NCBI GenBank assembly: GCA_964057225.1
Contig: OZ059900.1
Location: forward strand, 7,378,001-7,442,000
Source of the DNA: Auanema rhodensis
Taxonomy: Eukaryota > Animalia > Nematoda
Reading direction: 5' to 3'
DNA: 64,000 bases
Under the pieces are notes generated by a model. The model had not been told where the DNA came from. It did not search any database and was given only the letters and a program-made list of their open reading frames with translations. The number at the start of each line of letters is the position of its first letter. Within the stretch, counting starts at the first letter, position 1. The position numbers were made by a program, and so were the translations under genes. Below are positions 43,701 through 59,880 of the stretch, in pieces.

Positions 43701-46700
43701 TATTTTGCACGAATATCAAAACTGATTGAAATATGGGCCTTTTTATGCTCAAAACGCCATATATTCAACGATTTTGGGTACAAAACATGTGAAAACTGTA
43801 TGTTTTGATCAGACCCTTTGAGATATGGATTTGAAATTCAGGATTCATAAACTTTGACTATTTCTACATATATATGTCCAATTTTAACCACTTTGGTCAA
43901 AAAGGACCGAAAATATCAAGAATTATTGGTTTTTTGGGGTTTGAAGGGCATTTTGGCAAAATCAGTCAAACTTTTGATCTTAAGCATATTTTTTTCTTCT
44001 AAAACGACTAAATGTATGAAATACTGTCAAAGAATGTTCATATAGGTGTATTTTGCACGAATATCAAAACTGATTGAAATATGGGCCTTTTTATGCTCAA
44101 AACGCCATATATTCAACGATTTTGGGTACAAAACATGTGAAAACTGTATGTTTTGATCAGACCCTTCGAGATATGGATTTGAAATCCAGGATTCATAAAC
44201 TTTGACTATTTTTACATATATATGTCCAATTTCAACCACTTTGGTCAAAAAGGACCGAAAATATCAAGAATTATTGGTTTTTCTGGGGTTTGAAGGGCAT
44301 TTTGGCAAAATCAGTCAAACTTTTGATCTTAAGCATATTTTTTTCTTCTAAAACGACTAAATGAATGAAATACTGTCATAGAATGTTCATATAGGTGTAT
44401 TTTGCACGAATATCAAAACTGATTGAAATATGGGCCTTTTTATGCTCAAAACGCCATATATTCAACGATTTTGGGTACAAAACATGTGAAAACTGTATGT
44501 TTTGATCAGACCCTTCGAGATATGGATTTGAAATCCAGGATTCATAAACTTTGACTATTTTTACATATATATGTCCAATTTCAACCACTTTGGTCAAAAA
44601 GGACCGAAAATATCAAGAATTATTGGTTTTTCTGGGATTGAAGGGCATTTTGGCAAAATCAGTCAAACTTTTGATCTTAAGCATATTTTTTTCTTCTAAA
44701 ACGACTAAATGTATGAAATACTGTCATAGAATGTTCATATAGGTGTATTTTGCACGAATATCAAAACTGATTGAAATATGGGCCTTTTTATGTTCAAAAC
44801 GCCATATATTCAACGATTTTGGGTACAAAACATGTGAAAACTGTATGTTTTGATCAGACCCTTTGAGATATGGATTTGAAATTCAGGATTCATAAACTTT
44901 GACTATTTTTACATATATATGTCCAATTTTAACCACTTTGGTCAAAAAGGACCGAAAATATCAAGAATTATTGGTTTTTTGGGGATTGAAGGGCATTTTG
45001 GCAAAATCAGTCAAACTTTTGATCTTAAGCATATTTTTTTCTTCTAAAACGACTAAATGTATGAAATACTGTCATAGAATGTTCATATAGGTGTACTTTG
45101 CACGAATATCAAAACTGATTGAAATATGGGCCTTTTTATGCTCAAAACGCCATATATTCAACGATTTTGGGTACAAAACATGTGAAAACTGTATGTTTTG
45201 ATCAGACCCTTCGAGATATGGATTTGAAATCCAGGATTCATAAACTTTGACTATTTTTACATATATATGTCCAATTTCAACCACTTTGGTCAAAAAGGAC
45301 CGAAAATATCAAGAATTATTGGTTTTTCTGGGATTGAAGGGCATTTTGGCAAAATCAGTCAAACTTTTGATCTTAAGCATATTTTTTTCTTCTAAAACGA
45401 CTAAATGTATGAAATACTGTCATAGAATGTTCATATAGGTGTATTTTGCACGAATATCAAAACTGATTGAAATATGGGCCTTTTTATGTTCAAAACGCCA
45501 TATATTCAACGATTTTGGGTACAAAACATGTGAAAACTGTATGTTTTGATCAGACCCTTTGAGATATGGATTTGAAATTCAGGATTCATAAACTTTGACT
45601 ATTTTTACATATATATGTCCAATTTTAACCACTTTGGTCAAAAAGGACCGAAAATATCAAGAATTATTGGTTTTTTGGGGATTGAAGGGCATTTTGGCAA
45701 AATCAGTCAAACTTTTGATCTTAAGCATATTTTTTTCTTCTAAAACGACTAAATGTATGAAATACTGTCATAGAATGTTCATATAGGTGTATTTTGCACG
45801 AATATCAAAACTGATTGAATTATGGGCCTTTTTATGCTCAAAACGCCATATATTCAACGATTTTGGGTACAAAACATGTGAAAACTGTATGTTTTGATCA
45901 GACCCTTCGAGATATGGATTTGAAATCCAGGATTCATAAACTTTGACTATTTTTACATATATATGTCCAATTTCAACCACTTTGGTCAAAAAGGACCGAA
46001 AATATCAAGAATTATTGGTTTTTCTGGGATTGAAGGGCATTTTGGCAAAATCAGTCAAACTTTTGATCTTAAGCATATTTTTTTCTTCTAAAACGACTAA
46101 ATGTATGAAATACTGTCATAGAATGTTCATATAGGTGTATTTTGCACGAATATCAAAACTGATTGAAATATGGGCCTTTTTATGCTCAAAACGCCATATA
46201 TTCAACGATTTTGGGTACAAAACATGTGAAAACTGTATGTTTTGATCAGACCCTTTGAGATATGGATTTGAAATTCAGGATTCATAAACTTTGACTATTT
46301 TTACATATATATGTCCAATTTTAACCACTTTGGTCAAAAAGGACCGAAAATATCAAGAATTATTGGTTTTTTGGGGATTGAAGGGCATTTTGGCAAAATC
46401 AGTCAAACTTTTGATCTTAAGCATATTTTTTTCTTCTAAAACGACTAAATGTATGAAATACTGTCATAGAATGTTTATATAAGTGTATTTTGCACGAATA
46501 TCAAAACTGATTGAAATATGGGCCTTTTTATGCTCAAAACGCCATATATTCAACGATTTTGGGTACAAAACATGTGAAAACTGTATGTTTTGATCAGACC
46601 CTTTGAGATATGGATTTGAAATTCAGGATTCATAAACTTTGACTATTTTTACATATATATGTTCAATTTCAACCACTTTGGTCAAAAAGGACCGAAAATA

Positions 46701-49700
46701 TCAAGAATTATTGGTTTTTTGGGGTTTGAAGGGCATTTTGGCTAAATCAGTCAAACTTTTGATCTTAAGCATATTTTTTTCTTCTAAAACGACTAAATGT
46801 ATGGAATACTGTCATAGAATGTTGATATAGGTGTATTTTGCACGAATATCAAAACTGATTGAAATATGGGCCTTTTTATGCTCAAAACGCCATATATTCA
46901 ACGATTTTGGGTACAAAACATGTGAAAACTGTATGTTTTGATCAGACCCTTTGAGATATGGATTTGAAATTCAGGATTCATAAACTTTGACTATTTTTAC
47001 ATATATATGTCCAATTTTAACCACTTTGGTCAAAAAGGACCGAAAATATCAAGAATTATTGGTTTTTTGGGGATTGAAGGGCATTTTGGCAAAATCAGTC
47101 AAACTTTTGATCTTAAGCATATTTTTTTCTTCTAAAACGACTAAATGTATGAAATACTGTCATAGAATGTTCATATAGGTGTATTTTGCACGAATATCAA
47201 AACTGATTGAAATATGGGCCTTTTTATGTTCAAAACGCCATATATTCAACGATTTTGGGTACAAAACATGTGAAAACTGTATGTTTTGATCAGACCCTTT
47301 GAGATATGGATTTGAAATTCAGGATTCATAAACTTTGACTATTTTTACATATATATGTCCAATTTTAACCACTTTGGTCAAAAAGGACCGAAAATATCAA
47401 GAATTATTGGTTTTTTGGGGATTGAAGGGCATTTTGGCAAAATCAGTCAAACTTTTGATCTTAAGCATATTTTTTTCTTCTAAAACGACTAAATGTATGA
47501 AATACTGTCATAGAATGTTTATATAAGTGTATTTTGCACGAATATCAAAACTGATTGAAATATGGGCCTTTTTATGCTCAAAACGCCATATATTCAACGA
47601 TTTTGGGTACAAAACATGTGAAAACTGTATGTTTTGATCAGACCCTTTGAGATATGGATTTGAAATTCAGGATTCATAAACTTTGACTATTTCTACATAT
47701 ATATGTCCAATTTTAACCACTTTGGTCAAAAAGGACCGAAAATATCAAGAATTATTGGTTTTTTGGGGTTTGAAGGGCATTTTGGCAAAATCAGTCAAAC
47801 TTTTGATCTTAAGCATATTTTTTTCTTCTAAAACGACTAAATGTATGAAATACTGTCAAAGAATGTTCATATAGGTGTATTTTGCACGAATATCAAAACT
47901 GATTGAAATATGGGCCTTTTTATGCTCAAAACGCCATATATTCAACGATTTTGGGTACAAAACATGTGAAAACTGTATGTTTTGATCAGACCCTTTGAGA
48001 TATGGATTTGAAATTCAGGATTCATAAACTTTGACTATTTTTACATATATATGTCCAATTTTAACCACTTTGGTCAAAAAGGACCGAAAATATCAAGAAT
48101 TATTGGTTTTTTGGGGATTGAAGGGCATTTTGGCAAAATCAGTCAAACTTTTGATCTTAAGCATATTTTTTTCTTCTAAAACGACTAAATGTATGAAATA
48201 CTGTCAAAGAATGTTCATATAGGTGTATTTTGCACGAATATCAAAACTGATTGAAATATGGGCCTTTTTATGCTCAAAACGCCATATATTCAACGATTTT
48301 GGGTACAAAACATGTGAAAACTGTATGTTTTGATCAGACCCTTTGAGATATGGATTTGAAATTCAGGATTCATAAACTTAAACTATTTTCACATATATAT
48401 GTTCAATTTTAACCACTTTGGTCAAAAAGGACCGAAAATATCAAGAATTATTGGTTTTTTGGGGTTTGAAGGACATTTTGGCTAAATCAGTCAAACTTTT
48501 GATCTTAAGCATATTTTTTTCTTCTAAAACGACTAAATGTATGAAATACTGTCATAGAATGTTCATATAGGTGTATTTTGCACGAATATCAAAACTGATT
48601 GAAATATGGGCCTTTTTATGCTCAAAACGCCATATATTCAACGATTTTGGGTACAAAACATGTGAAAACTGTATGTTTTGATCAGACCCTTCGAGATATG
48701 GATTTGAAATCCAGGATTCATAAACTTTGACTATTTTTACATATATATGTCCAATTTCAAGCACTTTGGTCAAAAAGGACCGAAAATATCAAGAATTATT
48801 GGTTTTTTGGGGATTGAAGGGCATTTTGGCAAAATCAGTCAAACTTTTGATCTTAAGCATATTTTTTTCTTCTAAAACGACTAAATGTATGAAATACTGT
48901 CATAGAATGTTTATATAAGTGTATTTTGCACGAATATCAAAACTGATTGAAATATGGGCCTTTTTATGCTCAAAACGCCATATATTCAACGATTTTGGGT
49001 ACAAAACATGTGAAAACTGTATGTTTTGATCAGACCCTTTGAGATATGGATTTGAAATTCAGGATTCATAAACTTTGACTATTTCTACATATATATGTCC
49101 AATTTTAACCACTTTGGTCAAAAAGGACCGAAAATATCAAGAATTATTGGTTTTTTGGGGTTTGAAGGGCATTTTGGCAAAATCAGTCAAACTTTTGATC
49201 TTAAGCATATTTTTTTCTTCTAAAACGACTAAATGTATGAAATACTGTCAAAGAATGTTCATATAGGTGTATTTTGCACGAATATCAAAACTGATTGAAA
49301 TATGGGCCTTTTTATGCTCAAAACGCCATATATTCAACGATTTTGGGTACAAAACATGTGAAAACTGTATGTTTTGATCAGACCCTTTGAGATATGGATT
49401 TGAAATTCAGGATTCATAAACTTAATCTATTTTCACATATATATGTTCAATTTTAATCACTTTGGTCAAAAAGGACCGAAAATATCAAGAATTATTGGTT
49501 TTTTGGGGTTTGAAGGACATTTTGGCTAAATCAGTCAAACTTTTGATCTTAAGCATATTTTTTTCTTCTAAAACGACTAAATGTATGAAATACTGTCATA
49601 GAATGTTCATATAGGTGTATTTTGCACGAATATCAAAACTGATTGAAATATGGGCCTTTTTATGCTCAAAACGCCATATATTCAACGATTTTGGGTACAA

Positions 49701-52700
49701 AACATGTGAAAACTGTATGTTTTGATCAGACCCTTCGAGATATGGATTTGAAATCCAGGATTCATAAACTTTGACTATTTTTACATATATATGTCCAATT
49801 TCAACCACTTTGGTCAAAAAGGACCGAAAATATCAAGAATTATTGGTTTTTTGGGGTTTGAAGGGCATTTTGGCAAAATCAGTCAAACTTTTGATCTTAA
49901 GCATATTTTTTTCTTCTAAAACGACTAAATGTATGAAATACTGTCATAGAATGTTCATATAGGTGTATTTTGCACGAATATCAAAACTGATTGAAATATG
50001 GGCCTTTTTATGTTCAAAACGCCATATATTCAACGATTTTGGGTACAAAACATGTGAAAACTGTATGTTTTGATCAGACCCTTTGAGATATGGATTTGAA
50101 ATTCAGGATTCATAAACTTTGACTATTTTTACATATATATGTCCAATTTTAACCACTTTGGTCAAAAAGGACCGAAAATATCAAGAATTATTGGTTTTTT
50201 GGGGATTGAAGGGCATTTTGGCAAAATCAGTCAAACTTTTGATCTTAAGCATATTTTTTTCTTCTAAAACGACTAAATGTATGGAATACTGTCATAGAAT
50301 GTTCATATAGGTGTATTTTGCACGAATATCAAAACTGATTGAAATATGGGCCTTTTTATGCTCAAAACGCCATATATTCAACGATTTTGGGTACAAAACA
50401 TGTGAAAACTGTATGTTTTGATCAGACCCTTTGAGATATGGATTTGAAATTCAGGATTCATAAACTTTGACTATTTTTACATATATATGTTCAATTTTAA
50501 CCACTTTGGTCAAGAAGGACCGAAAATATCAAAAATTATTGGTTTTTTGGGGTTTGAAGGGCATTTTGGCAAAATCAGTCAAACTTTTGATCTTAAGCAT
50601 ATTTTTTTCTTCTAAAACGACTAAATGTATGAAATACTGTCATAGAATGTTTATATAAGTGTATTTTGCACGAATATCAAAACTGATTGAAATATGGGCC
50701 TTTTTATGCTCAAAACGCCATATATTCAACGATTTTGGGTACAAAACATGTGAAAACTGTATGTTTTGATCAGACCCTTTGAGATATGGATTTGAAATTC
50801 AGGATTCATAAACTTTGACTATTTCTACATATATATGTCCAATTTTAACCACTTTGGTCAAAAAGGACCGAAAATATCAAGAATTATTGGTTTTTCGTGG
50901 TTTGAAGGGCATTTTGGCAAAATCAGTCAAACTTTTGATCTTAAGCATATTTTTTTCTTCTAAAACGACTAAATGTATGAAATACTGTCAAAGAATGTTC
51001 ATATAGGTGTATTTTGCACGAATATCAAAACTGATTGAAATATGGGCCTTTTTATGCTCAAAACGCCATATATTCAACGATTTTGGGTACAAAACATGTG
51101 AAAACTGTATGTTTTGATCAGACCCTTTGAGATATGGATTTGAAATTCAGGATTCATAAACTTAAACTATTTTCACATATATATGTTCAATTTTAACCAC
51201 TTTGGTCAAAAAGGACCGAAAATATCAAGAATTATTGGTTTTTTGGGGTTTGAAGGACATTTTGGCTAAATCAGTCAAACTTTTGATCTTAAGCATATTT
51301 TTTTCTTCTAAAACGACTAAATGTATGAAATACTGTCATAGAATGTTCATATAGGTGTATTTTGCACGAATATCAAAACTGATTGAAATATGGGCCTTTT
51401 TATGCTCAAAACGCCATATATTCAACGATTTTGGGTACAAAACATGTGAAAACTGTATGTTTTGATCAGACCCTTCGAGATATGGATTTGAAATCCAGGA
51501 TTCATAAACTTTGACTATTTTTACATATATATGTCCAATTTCAAGCACTTTGGTCAAAAAGGACCGAAAATATCAAGAATTATTGGTTTTTTGGGGATTG
51601 AAGGGCATTTTGGCAAAATCAGTCAAACTTTTGATCTTAAGCATATTTTTTTCTTCTAAAACGACTAAATGTATGAAATACTGTCATAGAATGTTTATAT
51701 AAGTGTATTTTGCACGAATATCAAAACTGATTGAAATATGGGCCTTTTTATGCTCAAAACGCCATATATTCAACGATTTTGGGTACAAAACATGTGAAAA
51801 CTGTATGTTTTGATCAGACCCTTTGAGATATGGATTTGAAATTCAGGATTCATAAACTTTGACTATTTCTACATATATATGTCCAATTTTAACCACTTTG
51901 GTCAAAAAGGACCGAAAATATCAAGAATTATTGGTTTTTTGGGGTTTGAAGGGCATTTTGGCAAAATCAGTCAAACTTTTGATCTTAAGCATATTTTTTT
52001 CTTCTAAAACGACTAAATGTATGAAATACTGTCAAAGAATGTTCATATAGGTGTATTTTGCACGAATATCAAAACTGATTGAAATATGGGCCTTTTTATG
52101 CTCAAAACGCCATATATTCAACGATTTTGGGTACAAAACATGTGAAAACTGTATGTTTTGATCAGACCCTTTGAGATATGGATTTGAAATTCAGGATTCA
52201 TAAACTTAATCTATTTTCACATATATATGTTCAATTTTAATCACTTTGGTCAAAAAGGACCGAAAATATCAAGAATTATTGGTTTTTTGGGGTTTGAAGG
52301 ACATTTTGGCTAAATCAGTCAAACTTTTGATCTTAAGCATATTTTTTTCTTCTAAAACGACTAAATGAATGAAATACTGTCATAGAATGTTCATATAGGT
52401 GTATTTTGCACGAATATCAAAACTGATTGAAATATGGGCCTTTTTATGCTCAAAACGCCATATATTCAACGATTTTGGGTACAAAACATGTGAAAACTGT
52501 ATGTTTTGATCAGACCCTTCGAGATATGGATTTGAAATCCAGGATTCATAAACTTTGACTATTTTTACATATATATGTCCAATTTCAACCACTTTGGTCA
52601 AAAAGGACCGAAAATATCAAGAATTATTGGTTTTTCTGGGATTGAAGGGCATTTTGGCAAAATCAGTCAAACTTTTGATCTTAAGCATATTTTTTTCTTC

Positions 52701-55700
52701 TAAAACGACTAAATGTATGAAATACTGTCATAGAATGTTCATATAGGTGTATTTTGCACGAATATCAAAACTGATTGAAATATGGGCCTTTTTATGTTCA
52801 AAACGCCATATATTCAACGATTTTGGGTACAAAACATGTGAAAACTGTATGTTTTGATCAGACCCTTTGAGATATGGATTTGAAATTCAGGATTCATAAA
52901 CTTTGACTATTTTTACATATATATGTCCAATTTTAACCACTTTGGTCAAAAAGGACCGAAAATATCAAGAATTATTGGTTTTTTGGGGATTGAAGGGCAT
53001 TTTGGCAAAATCAGTCAAACTTTTGATCTTAAGCATATTTTTTTCTTCTAAAACGACTAAATGTATGAAATACTGTCATAGAATGTTCATATAGGTGTAC
53101 TTTGCACGAATATCAAAACTGATTGAAATATGGGCCTTTTTATGCTCAAAACGCCATATATTCAACGATTTTGGGTACAAAACATGTGAAAACTGTATGT
53201 TTTGATCAGACCCTTCGAGATATGGATTTGAAATCCAGGATTCATAAACTTTGACTATTTTTACATATATATGTCCAATTTCAACCACTTTGGTCAAAAA
53301 GGACCGAAAATATCAAGAATTATTGGTTTTTCTGGGATTGAAGGGCATTTTGGCAAAATCAGTCAAACTTTTGATCTTAAGCATATTTTTTTCTTCTAAA
53401 ACGACTAAATGTATGAAATACTGTCATAGAATGTTCATATAGGTGTATTTTGCACGAATATCAAAACTGATTGAAATATGGGCCTTTTTATGTTCAAAAC
53501 GCCATATATTCAACGATTTTGGGTACAAAACATGTGAAAACTGTATGTTTTGATCAGACCCTTTGAGATATGGATTTGAAATTCAGGATTCATAAACTTT
53601 GACTATTTTTACATATATATGTCCAATTTTAACCACTTTGGTCAAAAAGGACCGAAAATATCAAGAATTATTGGTTTTTTGGGGATTGAAGGGCATTTTG
53701 GCAAAATCAGTCAAACTTTTGATCTTAAGCATATTTTTTTCTTCTAAAACGACTAAATGTATGAAATACTGTCATAGAATGTTTATATAAGTGTATTTTG
53801 CACGAATATCAAAACTGATTGAAATATGGGCCTTTTTATGCTCAAAACGCCATATATTCAACGATTTTGGGTACAAAACATGTGAAAACTGTATGTTTTG
53901 ATCAGACCCTTTGAGATATGGATTTGAAATTCAGGATTCATAAACTTTGACTATTTCTACATATATATGTCCAATTTTAACCACTTTGGTCAAAAAGGAC
54001 CGAAAATATCAAGAATTATTGGTTTTTTGGGGTTTGAAGGGCATTTTGGCAAAATCAGTCAAACTTTTGATCTTAAGCATATTTTTTTCTTCTAAAACGA
54101 CTAAATGTATGAAATACTGTCAAAGAATGTTCATATAGGTGTATTTTGCACGAATATCAAAACTGATTGAAATATGGGCCTTTTTATGCTCAAAACGCCA
54201 TATATTCAACGATTTTGGGTACAAAACATGTGAAAACTGTATGTTTTGATCAGACCCTTCGAGATATGGATTTGAAATCCAGGATTCATAAACTTTGACT
54301 ATTTTTACATATATATGTCCAATTTCAACCACTTTGGTCAAAAAGGACCGAAAATATCAAGAATTATTGGTTTTTCTGGGGTTTGAAGGGCATTTTGGCA
54401 AAATCAGTCAAACTTTTGATCTTAAGCATATTTTTTTCTTCTAAAACGACTAAATGAATGAAATACTGTCATAGAATGTTCATATAGGTGTATTTTGCAC
54501 GAATATCAAAACTGATTGAAATATGGGCCTTTTTATGCTCAAAACGCCATATATTCAACGATTTTGGGTACAAAACATGTGAAAACTGTATGTTTTGATC
54601 AGACCCTTCGAGATATGGATTTGAAATCCAGGATTCATAAACTTTGACTATTTTTACATATATATGTCCAATTTCAACCACTTTGGTCAAAAAGGACCGA
54701 AAATATCAAGAATTATTGGTTTTTCTGGGATTGAAGGGCATTTTGGCAAAATCAGTCAAACTTTTGATCTTAAGCATATTTTTTTCTTCTAAAACGACTA
54801 AATGTATGAAATACTGTCATAGAATGTTCATATAGGTGTATTTTGCACGAATATCAAAACTGATTGAAATATGGGCCTTTTTATGTTCAAAACGCCATAT
54901 ATTCAACGATTTTGGGTACAAAACATGTGAAAACTGTATGTTTTGATCAGACCCTTTGAGATATGGATTTGAAATTCAGGATTCATAAACTTTGACTATT
55001 TTTACATATATATGTCCAATTTTAACCACTTTGGTCAAAAAGGACCGAAAATATCAAGAATTATTGGTTTTTTGGGGATTGAAGGGCATTTTGGCAAAAT
55101 CAGTCAAACTTTTGATCTTAAGCATATTTTTTTCTTCTAAAACGACTAAATGTATGAAATACTGTCATAGAATGTTCATATAGGTGTACTTTGCACGAAT
55201 ATCAAAACTGATTGAAATATGGGCCTTTTTATGCTCAAAACGCCATATATTCAACGATTTTGGGTACAAAACATGTGAAAACTGTATGTTTTGATCAGAC
55301 CCTTCGAGATATGGATTTGAAATCCAGGATTCATAAACTTTGACTATTTTTACATATATATGTCCAATTTCAACCACTTTGGTCAAAAAGGACCGAAAAT
55401 ATCAAGAATTATTGGTTTTTCTGGGATTGAAGGGCATTTTGGCAAAATCAGTCAAACTTTTGATCTTAAGCATATTTTTTTCTTCTAAAACGACTAAATG
55501 TATGAAATACTGTCATAGAATGTTCATATAGGTGTATTTTGCACGAATATCAAAACTGATTGAAATATGGGCCTTTTTATGTTCAAAACGCCATATATTC
55601 AACGATTTTGGGTACAAAACATGTGAAAACTGTATGTTTTGATCAGACCCTTTGAGATATGGATTTGAAATTCAGGATTCATAAACTTTGACTATTTTTA

Positions 55701-58110
55701 CATATATATGTCCAATTTTAACCACTTTGGTCAAAAAGGACCGAAAATATCAAGAATTATTGGTTTTTTGGGGATTGAAGGGCATTTTGGCAAAATCAGT
55801 CAAACTTTTGATCTTAAGCATATTTTTTTCTTCTAAAACGACTAAATGTATGAAATACTGTCATAGAATGTTCATATAGGTGTATTTTGCACGAATATCA
55901 AAACTGATTGAAATATGGGCCTTTTTATGCTCAAAACGCCATATATTCAACGATTTTGGGTACAAAACATGTGAAAACTGTATGTTTTGATCAGACCCTT
56001 CGAGATATGGATTTGAAATCCAGGATTCATAAACTTTGACTATTTTTACATATATATGTCCAATTTCAACCACTTTGGTCAAAAAGGACCGAAAATATCA
56101 AGAATTATTGGTTTTTCTGGGATTGAAGGGCATTTTGGCAAAATCAGTCAAACTTTTGATCTTAAGCATATTTTTTTCTTCTAAAACGACTAAATGTATG
56201 AAATACTGTCATAGAATGTTCATATAGGTGTATTTTGCACGAATATCAAAACTGATTGAAATATGGGCCTTTTTATGCTCAAAACGCCATATATTCAACG
56301 ATTTTGGGTACAAAACATGTGAAAACTGTATGTTTTGATCAGACCCTTTGAGATATGGATTTGAAATTCAGGATTCATAAACTTTGACTATTTTTACATA
56401 TATATGTCCAATTTTAACCACTTTGGTCAAAAAGGACCGAAAATATCAAGAATTATTGGTTTTTTGGGGATTGAAGGGCATTTTGGCAAAATCAGTCAAA
56501 CTTTTGATCTTAAGCATATTTTTTTCTTCTAAAACGACTAAATGTATGAAATACTGTCATAGAATGTTTATATAAGTGTATTTTGCACGAATATCAAAAC
56601 TGATTGAAATATGGGCCTTTTTATGCTCAAAACGCCATATATTCAACGATTTTGGGTACAAAACATGTGAAAACTGTATGTTTTGATCAGACCCTTTGAG
56701 ATATGGATTTGAAATTCAGGATTCATAAACTTTGACTATTTTTACATATATATGTTCAATTTCAACCACTTTGGTCAAAAAGGACCGAAAATATCAAGAA
56801 TTATTGGTTTTTTGGGGTTTGAAGGGCATTTTGGCTAAATCAGTCAAACTTTTGATCTTAAGCATATTTTTTTCTTCTAAAACGACTAAATGTATGGAAT
56901 ACTGTCATAGAATGTTGATATAGGTGTATTTTGCACGAATATCAAAACTGATTGAAATATGGGCCTTTTTATGCTCAAAACGCCATATATTCAACGATTT
57001 TGGGTACAAAACATGTGAAAACTGTATGTTTTGATCAGACCCTTTGAGATATGGATTTGAAATTCAGGATTCATAAACTTTGACTATTTTTACATATATA
57101 TGTCCAATTTTAACCACTTTGGTCAAAAAGGACCGAAAATATCAAGAATTATTGGTTTTTTGGGGATTGAAGGGCATTTTGGCAAAATCAGTCAAACTTT
57201 TGATCTTAAGCATATTTTTTTCTTCTAAAACGACTAAATGTATGAAATACTGTCATAGAATGTTCATATAGGTGTATTTTGCACGAATATCAAAACTGAT
57301 TGAAATATGGGCCTTTTTATGTTCAAAACGCCATATATTCAACGATTTTGGGTACAAAACATGTGAAAACTGTATGTTTTGATCAGACCCTTTGAGATAT
57401 GGATTTGAAATTCAGGATTCATAAACTTTGACTATTTTTACATATATATGTCCAATTTTAACCACTTTGGTCAAAAAGGACCGAAAATATCAAGAATTAT
57501 TGGTTTTTTGGGGATTGAAGGGCATTTTGGCAAAATCAGTCAAACTTTTGATCTTAAGCATATTTTTTTCTTCTAAAACGACTAAATGTATGAAATACTG
57601 TCATAGAATGTTTATATAAGTGTATTTTGCACGAATATCAAAACTGATTGAAATATGGGCCTTTTTATGCTCAAAACGCCATATATTCAACGATTTTGGG
57701 TACAAAACATGTGAAAACTGTATGTTTTGATCAGACCCTTTGAGATATGGATTTGAAATTCAGGATTCATAAACTTTGACTATTTCTACATATATATGTC
57801 CAATTTTAACCACTTTGGTCAAAAAGGACCGAAAATATCAAGAATTATTGGTTTTTTGGGGTTTGAAGGGCATTTTGGCAAAATCAGTCAAACTTTTGAT
57901 CTTAAGCATATTTTTTTCTTCTAAAACGACTAAATGTATGAAATACTGTCAAAGAATGTTCATATAGGTGTATTTTGCACGAATATCAAAACTGATTGAA
58001 ATATGGGCCTTTTTATGCTCAAAACGCCATATATTCAACGATTTTGGGTACAAAACATGTGAAAACTGTATGTTTTGATCAGACCCTTTGAGATATGGAT
58101 TTGAAATTCA
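34788..58110. repeat. Higher-order repeat of about 29 monomers (10093-bp period), two copies, the first with 10 extra monomers
   Basis: Rare variants recur at +10093 (40722 to 50815, 41418 to 51511, 46639 to 56732, 47683 to 57776) and at +3829 (37589 to 41418, 40025 to 43854). Confidence 0.85.
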
Positions 58111-59878
58111 GGATATAAACTTAAACTATTTTCACATATATATGTTCAATTTTAATCACTTTGGTCAAAAAGGACCGAAAATATCAAGAATTATTGGTTT
58201 TTTGGGGTTTGAAGGACATTTTGGCTAAATCAGTCAAACTTTTGATCTTAAGCATATTTTTTTCTTCTAAAACGACTAAATGTATGAAATACTGTCATAG
58301 AATGTTCATATAGGTGTATTTTGCACGAATATCAAAACTGATTGAAATATGGGCCTTTTTATGCTCAAAACGCCATATATTCAACGATTTTGGGTACAAA
58401 ACATGTGAAAACTGTATGTTTTGATCAGACCCTTCGAGATATGGATTTGAAATCCAGGATTCATAAACTTTGACTATTTTTACATATATATGTCCAATTT
58501 CAACCACTTTGGTCAAAAAGGACCGAAAATATCAAGAATTATTGGTTTTTCTGGGATTGAAGGGCATTTTGGCAAAATCAGTCAAACTTTTGATCTTAAG
58601 CATATTTTTTTCTTCTAAAACGACTAAATGTATGAAATACTGTCATAGAATGTTCATATAGGTGTATTTTGCACGAATATCAAAACTGATTGAAATATGG
58701 GCCTTTTTATGTTCAAAACGCCATATATTCAACGATTTTGGGTACAAAACATGTGAAAACTGTATGTTTTGATCAGACCCTTTGAGATATGGATTTGAAA
58801 TTCAGGATTCATAAACTTTGACTATTTTTACATATATATGTCCAATTTTAACCACTTTGGTCAAAAAGGACCGAAAATATCAAGAATTATTGGTTTTTTG
58901 GGGATTGAAGGGCATTTTGGCAAAATCAGTCAAACTTTTGATCTTAAGCATATTTTTTTCTTCTAAAACGACTAAATGTATGAAATACTGTCATAGAATG
59001 TTCATATAGGTGTATTTTGCACGAATATCAAAACTGATTGAAATATGGGCCTTTTTATGCTCAAAACGCCATATATTCAACGATTTTGGGTACAAAACAT
59101 GTGAAAACTGTATGTTTTGATCAGACCCTTCGAGATATGGATTTGAAATCCAGGATTCATAAACTTTGACTATTTTTACATATATATGTCCAATTTCAAC
59201 CACTTTGGTCAAAAAGGACCGAAAATATCAAGAATTATTGGTTTTTCTGGGATTGAAGGGCATTTTGGCAAAATCAGTCAAACTTTTGATCTTAAGCATA
59301 TTTTTTTCTTCTAAAACGACTAAATGTATGAAATACTGTCATAGAATGTTCATATAGGTGTATTTTGCACGAATATCAAAACTGATTGAAATATGGGCCT
59401 TTTTATGTTCAAAACGCCATATATTCAACGATTTTGGGTACAAAACATGTGAAAACTGTATGTTTTGATCAGACCCTTTGAGATATGGATTTGAAATTCA
59501 GGATTCATAAACTTTGACTATTTTTACATATATATGTCCAATTTTAACCACTTTGGTCAAAAAGGACCGAAAATATCAAGAATTATTGGTTTTTTGGGGA
59601 TTGAAGGGCATTTTGGCAAAATCAGTCAAACTTTTGATCTTAAGCATATTTTTTTCTTCTAAAACGACTAAATGTATGAAATACTGTCATAGAATGTTCA
59701 TATAGGTGTATTTTGCACGAATATCAAAACTGATTGAAATATGGGCCTTTTTATGCTCAAAACGCCATATATTCAACGATTTTGGGTACAAAACATGTGA
59801 AAACTGTATGTTTTGATCAGACCCTTCGAGATATGGATTTGAAATCCAGGATTCATAAACTTTGACTATTTTTACATA

Positions 59879-59880
59879 TA
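59879..59880. other. TA target-site duplication, left copy (right copy at 61184-61185)
   Basis: The empty site reads ca-TA-TA-TA-tg. The filled site reads ca-TA-TA-[element]-TA-TA-tg, i.e. one extra TA. Confidence 0.95.

Larger units (their letters stand above)
1..59880. repeat. Tandem satellite array, 348-bp AT-rich monomer (left arm, about 172 copies; continues beyond window start)
   Basis: The motif ggattcataaac recurs at 1, 349, 697, 1045 and onward. ORF-track starts step by exactly 348 (14, 362, 710, 1058...). All copies are in one orientation and differ at a few recurrent positions. Hand count of monomer 1 gives 106 G+C in 348 nt. Confidence 0.99.
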
